Shown one piece after another: positions 9,120-19,748 of a stretch of DNA of 64,000 nucleotides. The notes beneath the pieces are model-generated. The model searched no databases. It saw only the letters and a program-made list of their open reading frames with translations, and was not told where the DNA came from. This DNA comes from a virus. Its lineage: Duplodnaviria; Caudoviricetes. Position 1 is the first letter of the stretch, and every line of letters starts with the position of its first letter. The stretch spans positions 1 to 64,000 of IMG/VR virus record IMGVR_UViG_2915066250_000005; one strand, given 5' to 3'. The translations under genes were made by a program, and so were the position numbers.

Positions 9120-9401
9120 ATGTCCACAAGAAATCACTATGACGAGGATTTTAAACGAACCCTCGTGGAACTTTACCACAACGGTAAAACACAAGCTTCA
9201 CTTATCAAAGAATATGGTGTATCACAATCAGCACTCACAAAATGGATTAAACAATATTCAACCGTCGAAACAGAAAGCGGAGAAGTTCTTACAGCCAAAC
9301 AAGTCAAAGAACTTCAAAAGCGTATGGCTCAACTTGAGGAGGAAAATCAAATATTAAAAAAAGCGATTGCCATATTCACTCCACACTCAAACAACGATTA
9401 G
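9120..9401 (+). CDS. IS3 transposase OrfA (HTH)
   Basis: YDEDFKRTLVELY...EYGVSQSALTKW; A7G slippery run at 9356-9363. Confidence 0.9.
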   Translation: MSTRNHYDEDFKRTLVELYHNGKTQASLIKEYGVSQSALTKWIKQYSTVETESGEVLTAKQVKELQKRMAQLEEENQILKKAIAIFTPHSNND

Positions 9402-9415
9402 ATGCTGTTTACAAG

Positions 9416-10258
9416 TTGCAACACCAATACACTATTAAAACTCTTTGTCGAGTTCTAAATGTTAATCGTAGCACTTATTACAAGCATTTTTATTCGAAAC
9501 CTGCTCCTCGCACCTGTGAAAATCAAGTCATTCGTAAGCACATATTACAAATTTATTCTGACTATGATAATTCTCTAGGTGCTTACAAAATTCGTCGTGT
9601 TTTAGAACGTGATTATGGAATTAACATCAGCCTCGGTAGAGTGTATCGATTGATGAATACAATGAATCTTCCAAAGCGGTCCACAGAGAAACCCAAATGG
9701 AAGCATTCTCATAAGGAAAACGGTAACTGCTTCAATCATCTGAATCAACAGTTCAATCCTTCTTCTCCAAACTCTGTTTGGGCAAGTGATTTTACTTATA
9801 TCAAAGTAAATGGCTCTTTCCATTACCTTTGTGTTGTGATGGATTTATTTTCAAGGAAAATCATCGGCTGGAGTATCTCTAATCGCCACAATGTAGATTT
9901 AACTATGAAAGCTTTTAAAAAGGCTTATTTTGATAGAGGTGAACCTGAATATGTGCTCTTTCATTCAGATCGTGGTTCTGAATACACTGCCTATACTTTT
10001 AGACAAGCATTAGAAAAGCGTAATGTTGTTCAGTCCTTCTCCCAAAAAGGCTACCCATATGACAATGCATGCTGCGAAAGCTTCTTTCGCCATATGAAAC
10101 GAGAATGTATTAACCGTAAATCTTTCCGCAATCAGAATGAATTACGTCTATGCTGCTTTGAATACATCAATCGCTACAACTCGAAACGTCCTCACTCTTC
10201 ACTGGGAGATTACACTCCTGATGAAATAGAACAGTTTTACATGGAAAGACAGGAATAA
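9416..10258 (+). CDS. IS3 transposase OrfB (DDE/rve), reached by -1 frameshift
   Basis: WASDFTY, FHSDRGSEY, DNACCESFF; the -1 frame from the A7G run is open into this ORF. Confidence 0.9.
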   Translation: MQHQYTIKTLCRVLNVNRSTYYKHFYSKPAPRTCENQVIRKHILQIYSDYDNSLGAYKIRRVLERDYGINISLGRVYRLMNTMNLPKRSTEKPKWKHSHKENGNCFNHLNQQFNPSSPNSVWASDFTYIKVNGSFHYLCVVMDLFSRKIIGWSISNRHNVDLTMKAFKKAYFDRGEPEYVLFHSDRGSEYTAYTFRQALEKRNVVQSFSQKGYPYDNACCESFFRHMKRECINRKSFRNQNELRLCCFEYINRYNSKRPHSSLGDYTPDEIEQFYMERQE

Positions 10259-10429
10259 TTCTGTCTTTTCATAAAAATATATTTAAAAAGTGTGTCCATT
10301 TACTTGACTATGTTGCAAATTTTAGGATTCTCTTTATTTTTATATGCCAAATCTACTATTGCTCCAGCAATGCAATCCGACATTTTATCAACGTGTGATG
10401 GGTTTACTTTTTCAAACATTCATATCTCC

Positions 10430-11002
10430 TTATCTTCTACTACGAAGTAATTTTTCCATCATATCCTCTCCATAGTCCTCATAGATCTCAGTGCAATTTT
10501 CTTTCACTATGTCATATATCTCATACCATAATAGGTTTGCTGTCTTCTGAAATTGACTAGACATCTGTACAAATGGAGATGCAATAACTCCACCTGTTGT
10601 TGGATGTTTTCCTAATAGCCCAAATTGACTTATTGCTTCTTCACATTGAATAAAACGAGCAAAAGCTTGTGAATATGATTCCAGTAATCTTGGATTTATT
10701 AAGTTTTCACAGTTTCTCTGTTTTAACCAACTCCAAGTCTCTTTGTAAATATCATCTGCTCCTAGTGGGATTCCATTTTTTTGTTTTGCTGATAAATAAT
10801 CACTAGGTGCTGGCATATCTACTCCATCAAGGACTGCTCCTTCTGGAAGATCAACTGCATCAAGTTCATGTGGACTAAATTCTGGAATATTATTTAGCAT
10901 GACTTCTACTTCTTTTCCCTTTTGTATTTTTTCAATGGCAGGCTGTGGTTTTCCACCTGCTTTTACTCTTCGTCCACCCCTATATGTTCCATCTTTTGCG
11001 AT
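10430..11002 (-). CDS. terS: Terminase small subunit (P27-like), probable ATC start
   Basis: The frame extends upstream of the ORF-track ATG to ATC-GCA-AAA-GAT-GGA (IAKDGTYRGGRRV), 7 nt after AGGAGG; GKHPTTG motif. Confidence 0.8.
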   Translation of the reverse strand: MAKDGTYRGGRRVKAGGKPQPAIEKIQKGKEVEVMLNNIPEFSPHELDAVDLPEGAVLDGVDMPAPSDYLSAKQKNGIPLGADDIYKETWSWLKQRNCENLINPRLLESYSQAFARFIQCEEAISQFGLLGKHPTTGGVIASPFVQMSSQFQKTANLLWYEIYDIVKENCTEIYEDYGEDMMEKLLRSRR

Positions 11003-11048
11003 AGTATTACCTCCTAAAAAATTTATATTTTTACTTTAATGTGTGCTA

Positions 11049-11076
11049 TTGACTTCTATCTTTTCTATGCTATAAT
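11049..11076 (+). promoter_or_regulatory. Promoter for the RNA-abiF cassette
   Basis: TTGACT-16 bp-TATAAT with TG just upstream of the -10. Confidence 0.75.
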
Positions 11077-11082
11077 TTAACT

Positions 11083-11145
11083 AACAGAACCTCTCCACGC
11101 TTAATGTAGATTTTCTACATGCGGACCACGGAGAGGGCTTTTTTG
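11083..11145 (+). ncRNA. Putative AbiF-associated structured RNA (candidate RNA antitoxin or leader)
   Basis: CCTCTCC (11090-96) pairs with GGAGAGG (11130-36); inner ATGTAGA/TCTACAT hairpin; U-tract at 11139-44; lies between the promoter and the abi gene. Confidence 0.6.
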
Positions 11146-11162
11146 TATTAAGGAGTAATTTT

Positions 11163-12044
11163 ATGGAATTAAAGCCGGCTTTGAATTATGATGACCAAAT
11201 TACAAAACTAAAAAATGAGCATAACCTTTCAATATATGACGATGCGTTTGCAAAAGAAGTTTTGAAAAAAGTAAATTATTACAGACTTTCAGGTTATGGT
11301 ATTGGTTTTAAAAAATTCAATAATATAGAACATTACAAGGATGATATAACTATTGAACATCTTTTTAATCTTTATTGCTTTGATAGTCAATTTAAAAATA
11401 ACCTTATGAGAACTATTGAGCAAATTGAAATAGAACTTAGAACTCAAATTGCTTACCACTTGTCTATTAAGTATGGTTCTGATGTCCTTATGCACGAAGA
11501 TAATTTTATTTATAAAACGAATAAAAAAGGTCAAACCATATATTCCATCATCAATGAAAACCTAAATAAAGAAATTAACAGGCAAAGAAATAAACCTTTT
11601 GTTAAACACCATTTAAGAAAATATGATGGAAAATTCCCAATATGGGTATCTGTTGAACTGATGTCTTTTGGAAATTTATCTTCTTTATTCAGTATTCTTA
11701 AAGATGAAGATCAAAAAGAAATTTCTAATTATTACAACACAGATCCTAAATATTTGAAAAATTGGATTTTATGTCTTGTTGAAGTTAGAAATATTTGTGC
11801 CCATTACACTCGACTTTATAATATGCCTTTAAAGGAAAATCCGCGTCTTTATTCTGAGAATGAGCAATATAAAGGCAAACAAAATAAAATATTTCCTATT
11901 CTTTTAATCATAAAAAGAATTCTAAATTCAAATGACCAATGGAAGTCTCTTTTAAAAGACTTAAAAAATACTTTCAATAAATACCAAGGTTACTTTAACT
12001 TTAGTTTTATGGGTTTTCCTAATAATTGGGAAGATGCTCTTTAA
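11163..12044 (+). CDS. abiF: Abi_2/AbiF-family HEPN abortive infection protein
   Basis: VNYYRLSGY, PIWVSVELMSFGNLS, HEPN RxxxxH motif RNICAH. Confidence 0.85.
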   Translation: MELKPALNYDDQITKLKNEHNLSIYDDAFAKEVLKKVNYYRLSGYGIGFKKFNNIEHYKDDITIEHLFNLYCFDSQFKNNLMRTIEQIEIELRTQIAYHLSIKYGSDVLMHEDNFIYKTNKKGQTIYSIINENLNKEINRQRNKPFVKHHLRKYDGKFPIWVSVELMSFGNLSSLFSILKDEDQKEISNYYNTDPKYLKNWILCLVEVRNICAHYTRLYNMPLKENPRLYSENEQYKGKQNKIFPILLIIKRILNSNDQWKSLLKDLKNTFNKYQGYFNFSFMGFPNNWEDAL

Positions 12045-12045
12045 T

Positions 12046-12135
12046 ACCCCCTTTGAACCCGTCTTTTTGTGCGTGAGAGGGCGGCACCGTTGGTACACCA
12101 CTTCGCCGTGGAGAAGTTGACTCCCCCTCCCCTCG
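12046..12135 (-). other. Putative cos/packaging-site region
   Basis: Short GC-rich non-coding tract (GGGGAGGGGGAG...GGGGGTATT on the minus strand) just downstream of the HNH gene and upstream of terS, where HK97-like phages have cos. Confidence 0.45.
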
Positions 12136-12140
12136 AAGAA

Positions 12141-12497
12141 TTACCTACCAAACCTATCTCCCATCTCTGCATGAATTTTTGAGTGACAAGATTTACAAAC
12201 ACTCATAAGATTTTCTTCATCATTTGTTCCCCCAAGAGATAAAGGTTTAATATGATGCACGTGTTCTGCTTTTGTTATTCTATTTTCTTCAAGGCATTTC
12301 TCACAAAGTGGATGCTCACTAATATATCTTTTACGAATTATTTGCCACGCTTTACCATAACGCTTATGAGTCTTGGGATCCCTTTTATATTTTTCATAAT
12401 TTCTGTTGTATTCTTTTTCATGCTCTTTACAGAATCGTCCATCTACTAGTTTGGGACAACCTGGATGTGAACATGGTTTCTTAGGTTTTCTTGGCAT
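12141..12497 (-). CDS. Terminase-associated HNH endonuclease
   Basis: HPLCEKC...HVHHIKPLSLGG...NLMSVCKSCHSKIH. Confidence 0.9.
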   Translation of the reverse strand: MPRKPKKPCSHPGCPKLVDGRFCKEHEKEYNRNYEKYKRDPKTHKRYGKAWQIIRKRYISEHPLCEKCLEENRITKAEHVHHIKPLSLGGTNDEENLMSVCKSCHSKIHAEMGDRFGR

Positions 12498-12617
12498 TTA
12501 ATCACTCCAATAAAATAGCCCTGAAGATAAATTCTCCAAGGCTCATTTTTATTATTCTTTTGCTATTATAACTATACTACAACTACTTACTCTCATTCTA
12601 TCAACTTTACTCTCCAC

Positions 12618-12675
12618 TTGACTTTTTCCTTAGAAAAAATTATAATTTAGTTAGAAAGTATGAAATTCTAACTAA
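12618..12675 (+). promoter_or_regulatory. TA operon promoter and palindromic operator
   Basis: TTGACT-17-TATAAT (12618-12646); perfect 10-bp inverted repeat TTAGTTAGAA/TTCTAACTAA (12647-12675). Confidence 0.75.
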
Positions 12676-12686
12676 GGAGGTTTGTT

Positions 12687-12944
12687 ATGTTAGTTGAACT
12701 AAAAGCTAAATCACAAGTCACTATCCCAAAAGACATCGTAAATTCTATGAAATTAAATCAAGGTGACCAATTTGAAGTAACTGAAGACAATGGAAAAATT
12801 GTACTTGTTCCAGTTGCAATCTATCCGGAACATGTCATTAAAAATTTAAAAGCTGAAGTTAAGGAAATCAAAGAATCTATTAAAAAAGGTGATCAACCTG
12901 TCTTTGATTCTATTGATTCTCTCTTTGAAGAATTAGATAAGTAA
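12687..12944 (+). CDS. AbrB/MazE-fold antitoxin
   Basis: LKAKSQVTIPKDIVNSMKLNQGDQFEV swapped-hairpin pattern; acidic C-terminus. Confidence 0.8.
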   Translation: MLVELKAKSQVTIPKDIVNSMKLNQGDQFEVTEDNGKIVLVPVAIYPEHVIKNLKAEVKEIKESIKKGDQPVFDSIDSLFEELDK

Positions 12945-13210
12945 TGTCCTATAAAATTACTTATTCGAAAGCCTTTAAAAAACATTACAAGAAACTATCT
13001 GATACTGAAAAGAAACAAACGAAAAAGAAACTTAACTTTTTCGTAGAAAATCCTACTCATCCATCTTTAAGAACTAAGAAAATACAAGGTACAGATGGAA
13101 TATGGGAGTCTTCTATCAATATGGATATTCGCATTATTTGGCTCTATGAAAATAATGAGCTGATATTCCTTTTAGACATTGGACACCATGATATCCTAGA
13201 CAAATTTTAA
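12944..13210 (+). CDS. RelE/YafQ-like type II toxin
   Basis: 88 aa, basic; FKKHYKKL...HPSLRTKKI...RII...IGHHD; coupled to the antitoxin stop. Confidence 0.75.
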   Translation: MSYKITYSKAFKKHYKKLSDTEKKQTKKKLNFFVENPTHPSLRTKKIQGTDGIWESSINMDIRIIWLYENNELIFLLDIGHHDILDKF

Positions 13211-13254
13211 TAATCGTACTATAATTAATTTACGAATTGAAAACGAAAGTTTTG

Positions 13255-13288
13255 CGGGTGATGCATTTATGCGTCACCCGATTTTTTT
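13255..13288 (+). terminator. Intrinsic terminator of the TA operon
   Basis: CGGGTGATGCA/TGCGTCACCCG stem followed by a T-run. Confidence 0.8.
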
Positions 13289-13688
13289 ATACTTCTATAT
13301 TTTTTAAAGCCTTACTATGAAGTCTAAAGATATGTTGGATTGAGTAATTCATCTCCACTGCTATCTTTTCCCAAGATTCAAAACAAAGATATCTTTTTTC
13401 TAATACTACTTGAAGTTCTTTGTCTTCAATCTTTTTTATTGTTCTTACAATTTCTTTCTTTAAATCCACTAGTCTATCTATATCCCTATTAATCTCTTCT
13501 TGAAGATCTATAATCTTAACAATAGTATCTTCAAGCCTTGATGTGCCTCTGTTGGGATTCTTTGGCATATCTGATAAGGTTGATGTAGCTTTTGTAGCTA
13601 ATGCATTTAAGTTTTCTACCTGTTCTAATTTTGAGTTTATCCTCTTATCTAAATAAAAGGCTTGCTTTAAATATTCTTTTGCATTCAT
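13287..13688 (-). CDS. ArpU/RinA-like late transcriptional activator
   Basis: MNAKEYL...LEKRYLCFESWEKIAVEMNYSIQHIFRLH. Confidence 0.8.
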   Translation of the reverse strand: MNAKEYLKQAFYLDKRINSKLEQVENLNALATKATSTLSDMPKNPNRGTSRLEDTIVKIIDLQEEINRDIDRLVDLKKEIVRTIKKIEDKELQVVLEKRYLCFESWEKIAVEMNYSIQHIFRLHSKALKNIEV

Positions 13689-13781
13689 TTCTTACCTCCT
13701 GTAATTTTTGAGGTAAGTTATCTATATAACTTCTACTCTTGTATTTATCTTAGCAAATTTAGATAGTGACATTCTATGACA

Positions 13782-15117
<1,336 letters not shown>

Positions 15118-15131
<14 letters not shown>

Positions 15132-15615
15132 ATACGCTACTTTCCCAAAATCGTTTTAATTTTTGATGTAATTTTATATGAACTGAATTTGAAGGTAAGA
15201 CCATTAAATTGTATTTAGCATTATTTCTTTTATTCCCATCTACATGATGAACAACTTCTCCTTCTTTTAAAGGCTGACCTAATATTTCTTCAGCTATTAT
15301 TCTATGCTCGTGTATTCCATGTAGTTTTTTATAAGATTTTCCTTTTCCTGTTCCTAATCTACTCTTTCTTAATTTTTCTCTTACATCTTTTGTCATTCTA
15401 GTAGGATTAAGTTTTTTGTTTATTTCACTCAAATTTTTGCTTATATTAGTGTAATCTTTTAGTAATTTGTATCCTTCTGGATTTTTAGTTTTATTACTGA
15501 AATCTGCCAGACATTCACGAGAACAAAAATTATGTCTTGTTATACGACATTTTTCTTTTGTTATTTCTTTTCCACACCAATCACACTTTAAACTAACTAG
15601 CATTATAACCTCCAA
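15118..15615 (-). CDS. Zinc-binding HNH homing-type endonuclease
   Basis: CDWC...FCSREC at the N-terminus; HEHRIIAE...VVHHVDGNKRNN. Confidence 0.8.
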
Positions 15616-15883
15616 TCCTCTTTATTATTTCATCAATATTTTCTTTTGAATCAAGAACATAAACCTTAAAACCTAAATTTTTAAATTGCCTAATTCTTTT
15701 TTTCTGGATTGGTCTTGATTCTCCTCCAGGTCTTTTTGTTTCAACAAATCCAATCTTTCCTTTAGGGAGAAGTATTATTCTATCTGGTATTCCCGTCATT
15801 GAAGGAGATGTAAATTTAAGACATAGTCCACTATTCTCTTTTACTCTTTTTACAAGGGCAGATTCAATCTCTTTCTCTCGCAA
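15593..15883 (-). CDS. VRR-NUC nuclease
   Basis: EKEIE...GIPDRI...FVETKRPG...Q. Confidence 0.9.
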   Translation of the reverse strand: MREKEIESALVKRVKENSGLCLKFTSPSMTGIPDRIILLPKGKIGFVETKRPGGESRPIQKKRIRQFKNLGFKVYVLDSKENIDEIIKRIGGYNAS

Positions 15884-16098
15884 TTTTCATACTCCTTCCA
15901 TGCTTTTTCAAAAGCCATCATACAATCATAACAAGCACCATGGCTTTCTAAATAATTTTTAATCAGTCTTTTCCAGCCCTTAAATTTCCCTGTTTTATTT
16001 TTAGGAAAGTCCCTATCTTCATTAATGTCTCTTGCTAAATCTCCTCTTGGAGACTTTTCATTTAAATGATTTTTCATCATGTAATTATAGAAATTCAT
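15850..16098 (-). CDS. YozE/SAM-like small protein
   Basis: FYNYMM...GDLARDI..DRDFP...AWKEY pattern. Confidence 0.7.
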   Translation of the reverse strand: MNFYNYMMKNHLNEKSPRGDLARDINEDRDFPKNKTGKFKGWKRLIKNYLESHGACYDCMMAFEKAWKEYENCERKRLNLPL

Positions 16099-16099
16099 A

Positions 16100-16361
16100 A
16101 ATCCTCCATTTTCTAAAGTGTTGTATAGTGTAGCTTTATATAAACCTTTTACACGAGAGAATAAAAATAATATATAAAAGAAAGTAGGCTATAACTATTC
16201 ACACCATACAAAACGCTTATATTAAGCCATTTCAGTGTTGAGTTAAGTGTAAATAGTCATGTCTTTTTGTAGTTTAGTGTATGCATTTTTCATTAATTAA
16301 GAAAAACTTTTTTCTATACAATTATCTTTATTTAGCCTATAAATGGTACACTAAAATACAT
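16100..16361. other. Putative replication origin
   Basis: About 260 bp of AT-rich non-coding DNA directly downstream of the primase; positional inference only. Confidence 0.35.
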
Positions 16362-18563
16362 TTATAAAAAGTCGTCTTCCGACTCCATTAAATCATTGAT
16401 GGTTATACCGCTCCATTCAATTCCCCTATTTGTCCTTTTCTTTTCATAACCTTCTGCTATAAGGGCTCGTGAAAAATCTCTATTATTTCTAATATATTCT
16501 CCATTTGAACCAGCCCACTCACGATAAACTTGATATAATCTTGCACTCATTTCTTTATAATTTGTTCCTTTTATGCATTTATCTGAAATGAAATGGTTTA
16601 TCCAGTCATTCTCTTCTTTATATGAGCTTTTAGCATCATCTACAACATTACACTTTGGATATTTAAACCCTGCATCTATATACTCTTTTGCCCCTTCAAT
16701 CATCCACTGTAGAATTGCTCCTCCTGCTTTTTCTAAAAGCTTATCTATATAATCTGTCTTAGGATTTTTGATGGCTACAGAAAATGGAGCAACCACAATT
16801 CTTCTCCAGGTTCCTCGATCATTAGAGCCTACCTTTGGTAGATGGTTTGTATAGAGAATAGTAGAATGCGTTGGTGTAAATGAGAATGGCGCATAGTATT
16901 TTCTTTCTGCTGAAATATCATCAACACTTGCTATCTGTTTTAACATTGAACTTGACAGTCTTTGACCTTCTTCTGTTTCAGAAGCTAAAATAAATCTCTT
17001 ACCACATAACTCAGCAAGATCAACCTTCACATTCTTTGCTCTTGTTGTTAAAGACTCAGCTGGGATTTTACCTGCATAGTCTCCAAGAACATGAGCCTCT
17101 GAATTAAAGACAGTAGACTTCCCATTTCCTCCGTCTCCATAAGCTATAAGGAGTGCTTCTTCATAAACATGACCTATTAATGTCGACCCCGCATGGAACT
17201 TTAAGAAATTAATAAACTCATCATCTCCACCAGTTACATCCATTAAAGTAGCTATCCACATATCCATATTATCCTTGCTTGGAGATATTGCAGTAATCTT
17301 CGTGCAATAGTAAGATGGGTCATGCACTTTTATTTCACTTGTTTTTAAATCAATAACTCCAACAGGTGTATTTAAAATAAAAGCATCTGCATCAAGTTTT
17401 TCATTTTTAACTTCTAACAAAGACTTAGCTAGTTTTAATATTCCAGATACTTTTCCATGATCGTTCATTTTTTTAGCAAAATTGAGATATGCTTTTGCAC
17501 TATTTACTTTTAACTTTGCTTGTGCTTTTTCTTCCTTATTTCCCATCATTTCAGCATCAGCTAATTCTTGATAGCCCTCTTTAAATTCAATGCTTGCATT
17601 TTCTAAAACTTTTTTAGCAGTCTCCATGTAAAGACTCATTACTTTTAGTTCAGAATCTTCCCATTTCTTGCCCGTCCAATAAAGCCAGCCTTGAGATATA
17701 GTGTAGATAGCTTTATCTTTGTTATGCTTAGTAAAGATTTCAGCCATTGCTATATCTGTAAGTTTCTCTGGCTTATATTCCTCATATCTTTCATTGTATT
17801 CTTCAGGTGGAACATAATCTTCACTTGCAGCTACCTTTTTGTAGAACTTACAAGCTGACCTCCAGATTTGTTCTAGCTCCTCATCTGGAAGTGGCGGTGA
17901 GCAAAGGCTGGCTTTTTTATCAAAAAGTTTTCTTGCCTCATCTGTATTTCCATATCGAATTAAAACTCGTCCTGCAAAATGGTTCATAGTTGAATTTCTA
18001 GAGCCTTGCTGAATCAAGTCTTGAGAATTGTCAAAGTCCTCAAAGTTATCTTTTAAAATATCAGTTACATATTTTCTCCCCTTAACTATTTCAACATCAG
18101 GATTCTTAACTCCAAAGAAAAATCTCGCTCCATCTAAGGCATTGCCATCAAAGAAAGTATAAGTTTCTGACAATCTTTCTTTTATCCCTACATATTCGAC
18201 TAAATTTGTGATCTTCGGGATTGGAAAATATATGTGCATTCTTGGTCTTGCGGGCTTCCCATGTTTTTCTTTATTGTGATTTCTACTGTAAACTAAGGCA
18301 AATTTCACTCCATCAAAAATCCTTTTTAGGTCATTAGCTGAGATCCATTCATCTGAATTTTCTGTATGGTCATTGTCTATATCCATGGGAACACATTCTG
18401 ACTCTATAAAATTATCGTTGGATCGATAGGAATTTTTATACTTAGCCATTACATGGTCAAATCTTGAAGCTTTCTCAAAAGATCTAACATCTACTGCATT
18501 AACCTCATTTGGATAAACACAGTTTGACTCCACTCCTATTAAGTTCGAGGTATATATTTTCAA
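16362..18563 (-). CDS. P4/D5-type phage primase-helicase
   Basis: Primase N-terminus, PriCT-like GSRNSTM, SF3 Walker A GDGGNGKST. Confidence 0.92.
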   Translation of the reverse strand: MKIYTSNLIGVESNCVYPNEVNAVDVRSFEKASRFDHVMAKYKNSYRSNDNFIESECVPMDIDNDHTENSDEWISANDLKRIFDGVKFALVYSRNHNKEKHGKPARPRMHIYFPIPKITNLVEYVGIKERLSETYTFFDGNALDGARFFFGVKNPDVEIVKGRKYVTDILKDNFEDFDNSQDLIQQGSRNSTMNHFAGRVLIRYGNTDEARKLFDKKASLCSPPLPDEELEQIWRSACKFYKKVAASEDYVPPEEYNERYEEYKPEKLTDIAMAEIFTKHNKDKAIYTISQGWLYWTGKKWEDSELKVMSLYMETAKKVLENASIEFKEGYQELADAEMMGNKEEKAQAKLKVNSAKAYLNFAKKMNDHGKVSGILKLAKSLLEVKNEKLDADAFILNTPVGVIDLKTSEIKVHDPSYYCTKITAISPSKDNMDMWIATLMDVTGGDDEFINFLKFHAGSTLIGHVYEEALLIAYGDGGNGKSTVFNSEAHVLGDYAGKIPAESLTTRAKNVKVDLAELCGKRFILASETEEGQRLSSSMLKQIASVDDISAERKYYAPFSFTPTHSTILYTNHLPKVGSNDRGTWRRIVVAPFSVAIKNPKTDYIDKLLEKAGGAILQWMIEGAKEYIDAGFKYPKCNVVDDAKSSYKEENDWINHFISDKCIKGTNYKEMSARLYQVYREWAGSNGEYIRNNRDFSRALIAEGYEKKRTNRGIEWSGITINDLMESEDDFL

Positions 18564-18950
18564 TTAGGCTACCTCCTTTATATAACGAATCTTCATTTTT
18601 CTCTTCTCAGCAATCTTTATTTCTTCAGCCATTCCAGCGCTTATATGGTCACCAAAGACCCAGACTTCTTTACATTTTCCAAGAAGTACATAATTAAAAT
18701 GCATGGCAAGCCTTCTCTCACTCTCATCACTCATAAATTGAGGAAAAAGTAGGTGTGGTGCTATAGGTATGTTTCCTTTATTTAAAGCGTATCGAGAGTA
18801 CTTCTGTGCCTTGATGATATTATTTTCTACATCTCCAGAAAATGGACTGCAGATATATACCAAGGGATAGTACCTCTTCTCTGCATTTTTAATTGCTTGA
18901 TAAGGAGTGGGGTCCTTGCACCCACTCCTGTTATATAATTCTTTATTCAT
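18564..18950 (-). CDS. DUF4406-like protein
   Basis: VYICSPFSG...PIAPHL...CKEVWVFG...GMAEEI. Confidence 0.75.
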   Translation of the reverse strand: MNKELYNRSGCKDPTPYQAIKNAEKRYYPLVYICSPFSGDVENNIIKAQKYSRYALNKGNIPIAPHLLFPQFMSDESERRLAMHFNYVLLGKCKEVWVFGDHISAGMAEEIKIAEKRKMKIRYIKEVA

Positions 18951-19738
18951 TAGGCTGCCTCCTTAATTTCAATTAAAGGAACATAGCCTTCGGATTTTAA
19001 AAGATTGTAAATAAACAGTCTGCCTTTTTGTGTCCAGTAAGTGTGAATTTTTGTACCAACCTCTCCATTTCCTTTATTGAATGGATAAGTTTTTGTACAA
19101 GTATATCCTTCTTCAGCATAATCTTGATATAAAAGCCAGATCTTGCCTTGCTTAAACTGAACCCCCAACTCATGAAGTTTCTTATTCATTTTTCTGGCAG
19201 ACCAACCATAGTCTTTGGCAATTACTGTTATTGCTACAGCCTCTTTACAGGATAAGACAATATCGTAATAGGACGCCTTTGGTTTCATCTCTAAATTCTG
19301 CTGCTTTAGGATTAGCTTTTCTTGTCTTTCTCTTTTTAATTCTTCAAGTACTAAGATGAATAAATCTGGGTTGTCTAAAAGTTCATCTGTAGCATACATC
19401 CCATATCTTCTAATACTTGGTAAAACTTCGCTTGTAACCCATCTTTTAAATTTTTTCGCTTGAGGTAATTTGCTAGATAGAATTAGGCTATATAGACCAG
19501 ATTCATTTATAACAGCTGTCTTAGTTTGACCTTTAGGCACATTCCCATTTTGGGAATCTGCTAAGTCTAACATTATAAATTGTTTATCCTCTGTCTCAAC
19601 ATGATTTATAACTGCCTTACTTGAGTTAATATAACCGAGATTTTCAGCTATGTCTTTACCTACAAACCATGGTTCTCCATTAATTACCATTGTTCTTATA
19701 TCTTTAAATTCGCTATTTCTAAAAATTTCTATGTTCAT
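18950..19738 (-). CDS. BRO-N/ANT phage antirepressor (probable start 19738)
   Basis: EPWFVGKDIAENLGY...INESGLYSLIL...AKKFKRWVTSEVLPSIR, with C-terminal WTQKGR. Confidence 0.9.
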   Translation of the reverse strand: MNIEIFRNSEFKDIRTMVINGEPWFVGKDIAENLGYINSSKAVINHVETEDKQFIMLDLADSQNGNVPKGQTKTAVINESGLYSLILSSKLPQAKKFKRWVTSEVLPSIRRYGMYATDELLDNPDLFILVLEELKRERQEKLILKQQNLEMKPKASYYDIVLSCKEAVAITVIAKDYGWSARKMNKKLHELGVQFKQGKIWLLYQDYAEEGYTCTKTYPFNKGNGEVGTKIHTYWTQKGRLFIYNLLKSEGYVPLIEIKEAA

Positions 19739-19748
19739 AAAGACCTCC

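Larger units (their letters stand above)
9043..10317 (+). mobile_element. IS3-family insertion sequence (1275 bp)
   Basis: TG...CA ends; imperfect terminal IRs sharing TGCA...TGGACACA; 3-bp target duplication AAT (9040-9042, 10318-10320); orfA/orfB. Confidence 0.93.
8359..10419 (-). pseudogene. metK: Phage S-adenosylmethionine synthetase interrupted by IS3
   Basis: Removing the IS and one AAT copy rejoins MFEKVNPSHVDKMSDCIAGAIVDLAY...NPKI to AVEVLLGHG...GATNRKL...GGGLHGKDLSK, giving 260 aa. Confidence 0.9.
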
